Assembly: GCF_016592615.1 (NCBI RefSeq)
Contig: NZ_AP013043.1
Span: forward strand, 330,001 to 362,000
DNA: 32,000 nucleotides
Origin: Isorropodon fossajaponicum endosymbiont JTNG4
Lineage (GTDB): Bacteria; Pseudomonadota; Gammaproteobacteria; PS1; Pseudothioglobaceae
Reading direction: 5' to 3'
Shown here: piece by piece, positions 1-8,209 of the stretch
Layout of the letters: the number at the start of each line of letters is the position of its first letter
Position numbering within the stretch: position 1 is the stretch's first letter
The notes under the pieces: model-generated
Database searches by the model: none
What the model was told of the DNA's origin: nothing
What the model saw: only the letters and a program-made list of their open reading frames with translations
Made by a program: the position numbers and the translations under genes

Positions 1-712
1 GTGATAAGCCACCAACCATGCAGTATTTTTGGGTAATGGTGGTCGCTGTTTCTGTCTTGGTTTTTATCTTAACAATTTTTGGCTGGTTTAAAAATTGTTC
101 AGCCACTTTTTTGATAACGCTTGGCATGGTGGCAGAGAATAGGGCAATTTGTCGTTGTTCAGGAATGCGTTGCATGACCCATTTTATGTCATCGATAAAG
201 CCCATTTTGAGCATTTCATCGGCTTCATCTAGAACGAATGACTTAAGTTTGTCTAGTTTTAAGGTGCCTTTTTTAATATGGTCCATCACCCGACCAGGTG
301 TGCCAACAATAGCGTGTACACCACGCTTTAGAGGGCGTAGTTGAATATCATAAGATTGCCCGCCATAAATAGGCAACACATGAAAACCTTTCATGCCTCG
401 TGCATAGATTTGTACTGCTTCTGATACTTGAATGGCAAGTTCACGGGTGGGCGTTAAGATTAATAATTGTGGTGCATTAATGTTTAAGTCAATTTTGTCA
501 AGCAGTGGAAGAGCGAATGCTGCTGTTTTCCCCGTGCCTGTTTGTGCTTGACCGATAATGTCTTCGCCATTTAGTAAGTGGGTGATGCATTGCTCTTGAA
601 TGGGAGAAGGGGTTTCGTAGCCAATAGAATCCAATACTTTTAAAATGGTATTAGACAATCCTAAACATTCAAATTTAGATGGCGACTTATGGCCAGATTT
701 ATTTTCAGACAT
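1..712 (-). CDS. deaD: DEAD-box ATP-dependent RNA helicase (DeaD/CsdA-like). N-terminal ~237 codons only; the 3' part runs off the window.
   Basis: Absent from the ORF track because there is no stop in the window. The reverse complement from the ATG at 712-710 reads MSENKSGHKSPSKFECLGLSNTILKVLDSIGYETPSPIQ. It continues through AQTGTGKT (motif I), PTRELA (Ia), VLDEADEML (DEAD box) and FSATMP (motif III). The frame stays open to position 1. Confidence 0.9.
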   Translation of the reverse strand, partial: MSENKSGHKSPSKFECLGLSNTILKVLDSIGYETPSPIQEQCITHLLNGEDIIGQAQTGTGKTAAFALPLLDKIDLNINAPQLLILTPTRELAIQVSEAVQIYARGMKGFHVLPIYGGQSYDIQLRPLKRGVHAIVGTPGRVMDHIKKGTLKLDKLKSFVLDEADEMLKMGFIDDIKWVMQRIPEQRQIALFSATMPSVIKKVAEQFLNQPKIVKIKTKTETATTITQKYCMVGGLS

Positions 713-827
713 GTGATTTGTGGGATAAATGAAGACCAAAATTATACCTATTTAGGTGACGCTTTATCGAACTATATTAGTTTTTTATTATATTTATCAG
801 TTAAAATATGATTCATTTCCAATATAA

Positions 828-1406
828 ATGGGCAGTTTTATGGATACTGAACAAATATTATTAAGCCGTAGCCAGTCCAAATGCGAGTTGTGTGGCAATG
901 AGCATGATTTGTCAGTATTTGCAGTGATGCCTTCAGATAATAGTGACAATCAATCTATTTTAATTTGCAACATTTGCCATAATTCTATTGATAATCCTAA
1001 GCAGGGAAATATTAACTATTGGCATTGCTTGAACGATTCTATGTGGTCGTCAATAGCAGCGGTGCAAGTAGTGGCTTGGCGTATATTGACTAAGTTAAGT
1101 AGTGAAGGCTGGCCACAGGACTTGCTTGATATGCTTTATTTGGATGACGAAACATTAACTTGGGCACAAGCAATGGATGAGCGCACTAGTGACGAACAAA
1201 CATTAAAACACAAAGACAGTCATGGCACTCAGTTAGACTCTGGTGATACGGTCATCCTAATCAAAGATCTTACAGTTAAAGGCGCAAACTTTACTGCTAA
1301 ACGCGGAACAGCAGTACGTAATATATCATTAGTAACTGATAATGCTGAGCATATTGAAGGCAAAATAGAAGGGCAGAGAATTGTTATTTTGACAAAATTT
1401 GTTTAA
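828..1406 (+). CDS. phnA: PhnA-family zinc-ribbon protein (long form)
   Basis: N-terminal CxxC pairs are present (CELCG, CNICH). The C-terminal DSHGTQLDSGDTVILIKDLTVKGANFTAKRGTAVRNISLV...IEGKIEGQRIVILTKFV matches my recollection of the PhnA C-terminal domain. The stop lies 25 bp from the IS3 fragment boundary, so the last 2-3 residues may have been altered. Confidence 0.75.
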   Translation: MGSFMDTEQILLSRSQSKCELCGNEHDLSVFAVMPSDNSDNQSILICNICHNSIDNPKQGNINYWHCLNDSMWSSIAAVQVVAWRILTKLSSEGWPQDLLDMLYLDDETLTWAQAMDERTSDEQTLKHKDSHGTQLDSGDTVILIKDLTVKGANFTAKRGTAVRNISLVTDNAEHIEGKIEGQRIVILTKFV

Positions 1407-1431
1407 AAGGTATAAATATGGATATTTCACA

Positions 1432-2174
1432 AGACTTCTAAAGAAACGCTCCATGACCGCATTATCCCAACAATTACCTCGCCTGCTCATGCTTTGAGTA
1501 ATGTTGTTCTTGTTGCAATAATCAATAAAAACTTTAGAAGAGTATTGAGTCCCTTGATCAGAGTGGAACATGTGTTTATTTGTATTGGGCTGGTGTCTAG
1601 ACACAGCATTACTAAGCGCATCCTTTGCCAACTGAGCATTAGGCTGTTTTGACAATGCCCAACCAACAACTTGTCTTGAGCCTAAATCCAACACACTGGC
1701 TAAATAACTCCCACCTTGATAGGTTTTGATATAGGTAATATCACCAACCCAATGCGTATTAATTGATTGCTGCTCAAACACACGATTTAATAGGTTTTTT
1801 GCCTTTTTAAACATCAATCTAGTATTAGGGTAATAATGACGCTTTCTTGGGCGTATGGCAACTACATTGGCTTTTTTCATTAGCGTTGCAGTTTGGTAAA
1901 TACCAATGTTATAACCTTGGTTATTCAAAACTACTCGCATTCTGCGTTTGCCATAGGTGTATCCAACTTCAATAGCAGTTTGTTTGATTAATTTAATCAT
2001 AGCGTTGGTGTTGTTGTTTACTCGCTTATCTTTGACTTGATAGTAATAACTACTGCGAGGAAGTTTGAGTAATGCTCATAATTCTTTAGTATTGTATTGT
2101 TGGCAAGCCTTGTTTATCTTGATAATCATATCACTTGGTGATTGTCCACAGCGAACAAGGCTGTTGCCTTTTTT
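1432..2174 (-). pseudogene. IS3-family transposase OrfB (DDE/rve core), 3'-truncated with an in-frame TGA
   Basis: DDE-region motifs [18 protein letters not shown] and [16 protein letters not shown] are present. The frame leaves the IS after RFFRSL and runs into phnA antisense. The A6G slippery motif (plus strand CTTTTTT, 2168-2174) sits near the orfA end. The -1 frame reads ...QQYNTKEL*ALLKLPRSSYYY, with the TGA at 2076-2078. Confidence 0.85.
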
Positions 2175-2439
2175 AAGATTTCATTGTCCCTTTGTGCGCG
2201 CCAAAGTTGTTTCTCAAGCAGTTGTATTGTTTGTTGTTCAGAAGTCAGCGCTTTGCCTGACTCTGGTGTTTGTCCACCAAGCTCTGCTAGGTATTGTTTT
2301 CTCCATCTGCTAACTGCTGAGGAGCAAGCTCCTGATATTATCATGATTTTTTTTATTGGTGTAATTCTCATGCACCATGAGTTTGGCATAATCTAGTGTT
2401 CCCCCCCTCAAGGGGGTATTGAACAGAATGTTCAACGGT
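2126..2439 (-). pseudogene. IS3-family OrfA (HTH plus leucine-zipper part), 5'-truncated
   Basis: The 87-aa ORF ...SRWRKQYLAELGG...LTSEQQTIQLLEKQLWRAQRDNEILKKATALFA is typical of an IS3 OrfA C-terminal half. The first ~13 codons seen in copy 2 are missing. The frame also changes around the A8 run (plus strand T8, 2347-2354). Confidence 0.75.
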
Positions 2440-2519
2440 GTATTGTGCATATGGTTAGAAACTCCCTTAAATATGTGGGTTACAAAGACAGAAAGCAGGT
2501 TGCCAGTAGTCTTAAACAA
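2433..2519 (+). pseudogene. IS256-family (mutator-type) transposase stump of about 29 codons
   Basis: The plus-strand frame reads QRCIVHMVRNSLKYVGYKDRKQVASSLKQ. As I recall, this matches the conserved IS256-family block (Q-x-C-I-V-H-x-x-R-N-S-L-K-Y-V...D-x-K-x-V...L-K). It starts exactly where identity between the two IS3 copies ends (2439), and no similarity is recognisable after 2519. Confidence 0.45.
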
Positions 2520-2580
2520 AAATTAAAATTTGACAAAAAAGACTGATTAAAAATTATTCAATTAACGTACGTCAGATTAT

Positions 2581-3108
2581 TTAACTAATTAAATCTATAC
2601 CTAGTGATTCTAGCAATCTAACTGCTTCATAACGGCAAAATTTTGCAGTTCTAATGATGTTATTATTTATATTGATATCATAATTAGTGGCTAAATTAAA
2701 ATTTGCTTCTCGAAAATCAACATCATGTGCCTGACACGCTTCAATTGTAATTCCTGCTTGATTAAGCCCGTAAAACGAAGATGAGTTTATTAAGCATTTT
2801 TTAAACTGTAACTGAGACCCTAGGACTAACCCACGCCAGTAAGCTTTCGTCCAATCAATGCCCAACATCTTACATTCTTGAAACTCGACTTCTAAAAACT
2901 TGCTATTTATGGTGCTTAGAAGGCTAAGACTGCAGTTCACAAACTTGCAATTAGAAAACTTACAGTTTCTAACTATCGCCTCACTAAAATCACAAGAATT
3001 GAAAACACAGCAGTCAAACTCTTTTCCTGTTAGCTCTTTTCTAGACAAAGATATATTAGCAAATTCTTGGCTATAGAATTCTTCTTTACTGGTAATAACG
3101 TTTTCCAA
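2581..3108 (-). CDS. Pentapeptide-repeat protein, McbG/Qnr-like (possible topoisomerase-protecting DNA mimic)
   Basis: The 175-aa ORF is almost entirely pentapeptide repeats (CCVFNSCDFSEAIVRNCKFSNCKFVNCSLS; DVDFREANFNLA). Its C-terminus is ...NYDININNNIIRTAKFCRYEAVRLLESLGIDLIS. It has a TTG start with AGAGG 4 nt upstream. It lies 57 bp downstream of gyrA on the same strand. Confidence 0.7.
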   Translation of the reverse strand: MENVITSKEEFYSQEFANISLSRKELTGKEFDCCVFNSCDFSEAIVRNCKFSNCKFVNCSLSLLSTINSKFLEVEFQECKMLGIDWTKAYWRGLVLGSQLQFKKCLINSSSFYGLNQAGITIEACQAHDVDFREANFNLATNYDININNNIIRTAKFCRYEAVRLLESLGIDLIS

Positions 3109-3165
3109 AAAACCTCTATGATTAAATTTAATCAGGCATGTTTGATTTTATCAAGGAGGTTATTT

Positions 3166-5751
3166 TTAATACTGTTCTGCGTTATTTTCACTTTCAGATT
3201 CCTCGTCTTCTGTTTCAGCAATTTTTGCAATAGAGACTAATTTTTCACCTTTAGCGATATTAATCAAGGTAACGCCTTGGGTGTTGCGACCAATGATAGA
3301 AACATCAACCGCTCTAGCACGGACTAAAGTGCCTTTGTTGGAAATTAACATCATCTCATCTTCATCAGTGACCTGAATAGCGCCAACAACTTTGCCATTT
3401 CTATCTGAGGTTTTAATAGAAATAACACCTGAGCCACCTCGTGCTTGAGCACGGTATTCATTAAGATGTGTACGTTTGCCGAAGCCTTTTTCAGTTGCTG
3501 TTAGAATTGGACTGTCTTGATTAGCAACAATAAGAGACACCACTTTATCAGTATCTGCTAATTTAATACCACGTACGCCAATGGCTGTACGTCCTACGAC
3601 ACGTACAGCCGATTCTTTAAATCGAATGGATTTACCGTAGGCTGAAAATAGCATAATATCATGCTCACCTGAGGTGATTTCTACACCAACAAGTTGGTCG
3701 TTATCTCTTAATTCAATAGCAATAATACCACCTTTGCGTGGTTTTGAGAAGTTAGTGAGCGCTGTTTTTTTACACGTACCACTACTGGTTGTCATAAAGA
3801 CAAAATGATTTTCATCAAACTCTGAAACTGGCAAAATAGCATTAATGACTTCTTCTTTTTCTAATGGTAATAAGTTAACAATTGGTTTGCCACGTGCTAT
3901 GCGTGATGCCATTGGCAACTCATAAACCCTAAGCCAGTATACTTTTCCTAAGGATGAGAAACACAAAACTGTATCGTGAGAATTGGCGATAAATAACTGA
4001 TCAACAAAATCTTCATCTTTTACTTTAGTAGCTGCTTTGCCTTTACCACCACGGCGCTGAGCTTGATAATCACTTAAAGATTGTGCTTTCACATAGCCAC
4101 CATGAGACAAGGTGACCACGCGCTCTTCTTGGGCAATTAAATCCTCCAGCGTTAAGTCAATCTTGTGCTCTAAAATTTGCGTCATACGAGCATTAGCATA
4201 GTTACTTTGAATGTCTATTAACTCCTCACGGATAACTTGCATGAGTCTTTCAGGTGTTTGTAAAATATCCAATAGACGTTTAATACGCTCTAACAGTTCA
4301 TTAAATTCATCAAAAATCTTGTCTTTTTCAAGCCCTGTTAAGCGATGAAGTTTTAAATCTAAGACGGCTTGTGCTTGTTTTTGTGATAATTGATAATCGC
4401 CATTCACTTGCAAACCTAACTCTGTTGGCAAATTTTCTGGCTTAAACATTGCCATGTCACGATCGCCAATCAACTCCTTAATCACTGAGCCTTGCCAAGT
4501 TTTAGCCATTAATGCCTCTTTTGCATCTGCTGGGTTTGAAGCAGATTTAATCAGTTCAATAATGTCATCAATATTATGTAATGCAACTGATAAGCCTTCT
4601 AATAAGTGCGCACGATTTCTGGCTTTGTTTAAATCAAAAATAGAGCGACGAGTCACCACATCACGTCTATGAGCAATGAATGCTTCTAGGATGCCTTTTA
4701 ATGTCATTAACTTTGGCATGCCTTTGTCAATTGCCACCATGTTAATACCGAATACGGTTTGCATTTCAGTCAATTTATACAAATTATTAAGCATCACTTC
4801 TGGTACTTCGCCACGACGCAACTCAATCACCATGCGCATGCCGTCTTTATCAGACTCATCACGAAGCCCAGTGATACCATCAATGCGCTTATCTTTAACA
4901 AGTTCTGCAATTTTACCAATCAGTTTGGCTTTATTAACTTGATAAGGCAGCTCGGTCACAACAATACTTTGCTTGTCTTCACCTTCAGTATGGGATACTG
5001 AACGCAAGTAAATTTTGCCTTTGCCAGTCTCATAGGCTTGGCGAATACCACTTGCACCATTAATAATACCTGCTGTTGGAAAATCTGGACCTGGCATGAT
5101 TTTTAACAATTCATCAATAGTGATGTCTTCATTATCAATGGTTTTCAAACAGACCTCAATCACTTCGCCCAAGTTGTGAGGCGGAATGTTAGTCGCCATG
5201 CCTACTGCAATGCCTGATGAGCCATTAGCCAAAAGGTTAGGTACACGAGTTGGTAGTACTGAAGGTTCTGATTCTGAGCCATCGTAATTTTCAATAAAGT
5301 CAACAGTGTCTTTTTCTAAATCTCGCAATAACTCATGTGAAAGTTTGGCCATACGAATTTCCGTATAACGCATAGCAGCAGCCGAATCACCATCAACTGA
5401 GCCAAAGTTGCCTTGACCATCGATTAAAATATTACGCATTGAGAATGGTTGCGCCATACGTACAATAGTGTCATACACAGCAGTATCACCATGTGGGTGA
5501 TATTTACCAATCACATCACCAACAATACGGGCTGATTTTTTATAAGATTTATTGTAATCATTGCCCAAGACCTCCATGGCGTAAAGTACACGACGATGCA
5601 CAGGTTTAAGTCCGTCTCGAACATCAGGTAATGCACGCCCAACAATAACACTCATTGCGTATTCCAAATAGGAATTGCGCATCTCGTCTTCAATGGTAAC
5701 TATCGGGAAATTTGGCTCGAAATGGTTGGGATTTTCAGTATGCTCAGACAT
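3166..5751 (-). CDS. gyrA: DNA gyrase subunit A
   Basis: 861 aa. Motifs seen: [19 protein letters not shown], the quinolone resistance-determining region (QRDR) [29 protein letters not shown] (catalytic Tyr) and the GyrA box QRRGGKGK. The C-terminal tail is acidic. Confidence 0.97.
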   Translation of the reverse strand: MSEHTENPNHFEPNFPIVTIEDEMRNSYLEYAMSVIVGRALPDVRDGLKPVHRRVLYAMEVLGNDYNKSYKKSARIVGDVIGKYHPHGDTAVYDTIVRMAQPFSMRNILIDGQGNFGSVDGDSAAAMRYTEIRMAKLSHELLRDLEKDTVDFIENYDGSESEPSVLPTRVPNLLANGSSGIAVGMATNIPPHNLGEVIEVCLKTIDNEDITIDELLKIMPGPDFPTAGIINGASGIRQAYETGKGKIYLRSVSHTEGEDKQSIVVTELPYQVNKAKLIGKIAELVKDKRIDGITGLRDESDKDGMRMVIELRRGEVPEVMLNNLYKLTEMQTVFGINMVAIDKGMPKLMTLKGILEAFIAHRRDVVTRRSIFDLNKARNRAHLLEGLSVALHNIDDIIELIKSASNPADAKEALMAKTWQGSVIKELIGDRDMAMFKPENLPTELGLQVNGDYQLSQKQAQAVLDLKLHRLTGLEKDKIFDEFNELLERIKRLLDILQTPERLMQVIREELIDIQSNYANARMTQILEHKIDLTLEDLIAQEERVVTLSHGGYVKAQSLSDYQAQRRGGKGKAATKVKDEDFVDQLFIANSHDTVLCFSSLGKVYWLRVYELPMASRIARGKPIVNLLPLEKEEVINAILPVSEFDENHFVFMTTSSGTCKKTALTNFSKPRKGGIIAIELRDNDQLVGVEITSGEHDIMLFSAYGKSIRFKESAVRVVGRTAIGVRGIKLADTDKVVSLIVANQDSPILTATEKGFGKRTHLNEYRAQARGGSGVISIKTSDRNGKVVGAIQVTDEDEMMLISNKGTLVRARAVDVSIIGRNTQGVTLINIAKGEKLVSIAKIAETEDEESESENNAEQY

Positions 5752-5878
5752 GATAAAAAGACTTGATTTAAATTGCCTTTTATTTTACCTAATTTGAGTA
5801 CAGGTATTGATTTTGTTTCAAGCTAAAACCTTGTCTTTTGATAAACTCCATGAGAGGGTGAGGCTTTTTAGTTTAAAA

Positions 5879-6946
5879 CTATGTATTTCTTGCTTGAACT
5901 GATGATGCTAGTACTTTAAGTAAATTTTCAGTATCTTGCCAACCAAGACAAGCGTCAGTAATACTAATGCCATATTTTAACGATTTTAACTCATCTACCG
6001 CTTGAGCGCCTTCATTGATATTGGACTCAATCATCACCCCAAAAATCTCATCTGAACCTGAACTCACTTGCTTGGCAATCTCATCACCTACTAGCAACTG
6101 GTTTTTAAACTTTTTCTCACTATTGGCATGGGAAAAATCAACCATAACCCTACCTAATAAACCATCTTTTATTAATTGCTTGGCGGCATTGTCAACATTT
6201 TCTTTGCTATAGTTAGGTCCATAGGTAGCGCCACGAAGGATAATGTGGCAATTTGGATTGCCAGTTGTGGTGTAACGATTTGTCAAGCCTTTTTTGCTAA
6301 TTGACCAAAACATGTGTGAATTTGAAGCCGATACAATCGCATCAATGGCAATTTGGATGTTGCCATTTGTGCCATTTTTAAAACCCACTGGACAAGACAG
6401 ACCAGATGCTAATTCTCGGTGCGTTTGGCTTTCGGTTGTTCGTGCACCAATTGCCCCCCATGAAATCAAATCAGAGATGTATTGCGGGGTGATTAAATCA
6501 AGATATTCTGTTGCACTTGGCATGCCCATTTTTGACAAATCTAGCAGCAAACTTCGAGCCAAATCAAAGCCTTTTTCCATATCAAAACTGTTGTCTAAAT
6601 CAGGGTCATAAATCAGCCCTTTCCAGCCAATTGTGGTACGTGGTTTTTCAAAATAAACACGCATAACAATAAATAAATCTTGACTTAATTCTTGCTTTAT
6701 CTTTAACAATCGTTGCGCATAATCTCTAGCAGCTTTTGGGTCATGAATGGAACAAGGCCCAACCACAACTAATAAACGCTTACCCTTGCCAGAAATGATA
6801 TCGGCAATGGTTTTTCTTGAGTGGATAATAAAATCAGACTGTGACTTTTTGACTGGATATTTTTTAATAAAGCCTATTGGCGGGGTAATAGATTCTGCCT
6901 TGGTGATGCGAATGTTACTAATTTTATTTAAGATTTTTTTTAGCAT
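5879..6946 (-). CDS. aroG: 3-deoxy-7-phosphoheptulonate (DAHP) synthase, class I. The isozyme type is not determinable.
   Basis: 355 aa with GPCSIHD, FEKPRTTIGWKGLIYDP and GARTTESQTHRELASGLSCPVGFKNGTNG. The start overlaps the folE2 stop by 7 nt. An A8 run occupies codons 3-5. Confidence 0.9.
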   Translation of the reverse strand: MLKKILNKISNIRITKAESITPPIGFIKKYPVKKSQSDFIIHSRKTIADIISGKGKRLLVVVGPCSIHDPKAARDYAQRLLKIKQELSQDLFIVMRVYFEKPRTTIGWKGLIYDPDLDNSFDMEKGFDLARSLLLDLSKMGMPSATEYLDLITPQYISDLISWGAIGARTTESQTHRELASGLSCPVGFKNGTNGNIQIAIDAIVSASNSHMFWSISKKGLTNRYTTTGNPNCHIILRGATYGPNYSKENVDNAAKQLIKDGLLGRVMVDFSHANSEKKFKNQLLVGDEIAKQVSSGSDEIFGVMIESNINEGAQAVDELKSLKYGISITDACLGWQDTENLLKVLASSVQARNT

Positions 6947-7734
6947 TTTTGATTTTCAATAAGTGCATAAGCTGAATGGTTATGAATCGATTCAAAATTT
7001 TCCGATTCAAGACGATAATAACTAATTTTATCATCTGCATTTAAATCGACTGCAATACCACGTACTAAGTCCTCAACAAATGCAGGGTTATCATACGCTC
7101 TTTCAGTCACCACTTTCTCATCATCGCGCTTAAGAATGGCATAAAGTTCGCACGAAGCTTTACGTTCAGCCAAATCAATCAAATCTTCAATATGCAACGT
7201 TTTACCTTTGGCCGCTTTAGCCTTAATGGTAATGTGCGAGCGTTGATTATGCGCCCCATATTTAGAAATACTTTTTGAACAAGGACATAGACTGGTCACA
7301 GGCACCACGACTTTCATCATCACTTGCACCTCGCCTTTATTTAACGTGCCGTATAAAGTCACTTGATAATCCATGATTGACTCAACGCCTGAAGATGGGG
7401 CTTTTTTCTTCCTAAAGAAAGGAAAATTAAGCGTAATGTGTGCAGTATCCGATTCAAGTCTTTCTTTTACTTTATTAATAATTTTATCGAAATTATGTGC
7501 ACTAAATTCACAAGGACCTTCGTTTAAAATCTCAATAAAGCGTGACATATGCGTACCTTTAACATGCTCTGGTAAAGATACTGTCATGGTAAAAATACCT
7601 ATTGTAGGCATTTTATTGCCATCGCAATCAATATAAGTAATAGGATGGGTAATGTCTTTAATACCTACTTTATCAATGATAATTTGACGAGTATCGGCAC
7701 TATTTTGTGTATCAGGTAAATGAGTTGCGCTCAT
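6940..7734 (-). CDS. folE2: GTP cyclohydrolase I type 2 (FolE2/MptA family)
   Basis: 264 aa. Motifs seen: LPDTQNSADTRQIIIDKVGIKDITHP, VKGTHMSRF and SLCPCSKSISKYGAHNQRS. It overlaps queD by 4 nt. Confidence 0.88.
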   Translation of the reverse strand: MSATHLPDTQNSADTRQIIIDKVGIKDITHPITYIDCDGNKMPTIGIFTMTVSLPEHVKGTHMSRFIEILNEGPCEFSAHNFDKIINKVKERLESDTAHITLNFPFFRKKKAPSSGVESIMDYQVTLYGTLNKGEVQVMMKVVVPVTSLCPCSKSISKYGAHNQRSHITIKAKAAKGKTLHIEDLIDLAERKASCELYAILKRDDEKVVTERAYDNPAFVEDLVRGIAVDLNADDKISYYRLESENFESIHNHSAYALIENQKC

Positions 7735-8132
7735 AAGTCTCCTTGGGAATAAGTCACAGATGCTCTAGGCGTTTCCCAAATGGTCACTTCCTTGACCTTG
7801 ACATCATTAGTATTAATTAGTTGCCCCACTTCATCAAAAAAATACTTAGCAATATTTTCTGCGGTAGGATTGAGTTTATCAAAAGGCGCTATCTCATTCA
7901 AATATTGATGATCTAGGCGCTTTACAACAACCTTGGTTTGTTTTTTAATTTCTCGAAAATCAATAGCAATACCATTACTGTTTAATTTTCTAGTAACAAC
8001 CATCATTTCAATTTGCCAGTTATGACCATGCAGGCGTGAACAATCACCTGGATAATCCCTGAGTGAATGAGCTGATGCGAAATCGGTAACAATTTTTAGG
8101 ACGAACATTTTCGGAAAAACTGGTAAAAACAT
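7731..8132 (-). CDS. queD: 6-carboxy-tetrahydropterin synthase / 6-pyruvoyl-tetrahydropterin synthase family (QueD or PTPS-III)
   Basis: FASAHSLRDYPGDCSRLHGHNW contains the Cys-x3-HGH motif, and ENIAKYFFDE and WETP are also present. The true start may be the second ATG at 8108 (MFVLKIV...). Confidence 0.8.
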   Translation of the reverse strand: MFLPVFPKMFVLKIVTDFASAHSLRDYPGDCSRLHGHNWQIEMMVVTRKLNSNGIAIDFREIKKQTKVVVKRLDHQYLNEIAPFDKLNPTAENIAKYFFDEVGQLINTNDVKVKEVTIWETPRASVTYSQGDL

Positions 8133-8209
8133 TGATTATACCTACGACCTGCTAAAAATTACCCCCTGAATTGATGGGTAGATTATTGGCTTATCTAAAA
8201 TATTTTGAT

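Larger units (their letters stand above)
1432..2439 (-). mobile_element. IS3-family insertion sequence, copy 1. Internal 1008-bp fragment with both ends missing.
   Basis: It aligns with 10783-11790 of copy 2. I found only two differences: one C fewer at 1604 versus CC at 10955-10956, and T2C7 at 2399-2407 versus T3C5 at 11751-11758. It lacks the 189 bp (transposase 3' end plus IR) and the 104 bp (orfA start plus IR) that copy 2 carries. Confidence 0.9.

Noticed and set aside
18-344. 108-aa plus-strand ORF at the window start
   Set aside because: It lies entirely antisense to the strongly supported DEAD-box helicase frame. It has no recognisable motif and is a shadow ORF.
2310-2519. 69-aa minus-strand ORF spanning the IS3/IS256 junction
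   Set aside because: It is chimeric. Its C-terminal half is the out-of-frame orfA N-terminus and its N-terminal half is antisense to the IS256-like stump. It is an accidental fusion.
5470-5530. Thr at the GyrA QRDR position equivalent to E. coli Ser83 ([11 protein letters not shown])
   Set aside because: Thr is the native residue in several quinolone-susceptible gammaproteobacteria such as Pseudomonas. Asp87, and ParC Ser80 and Glu84, are wild type. This is not evidence of resistance.
8153-8181. Possible terminator after parC (TACCC/GGGTA stem followed by a U-run on the minus strand)
   Set aside because: The stem is only 5 bp with an 11-nt loop. This is too weak to report as a feature.
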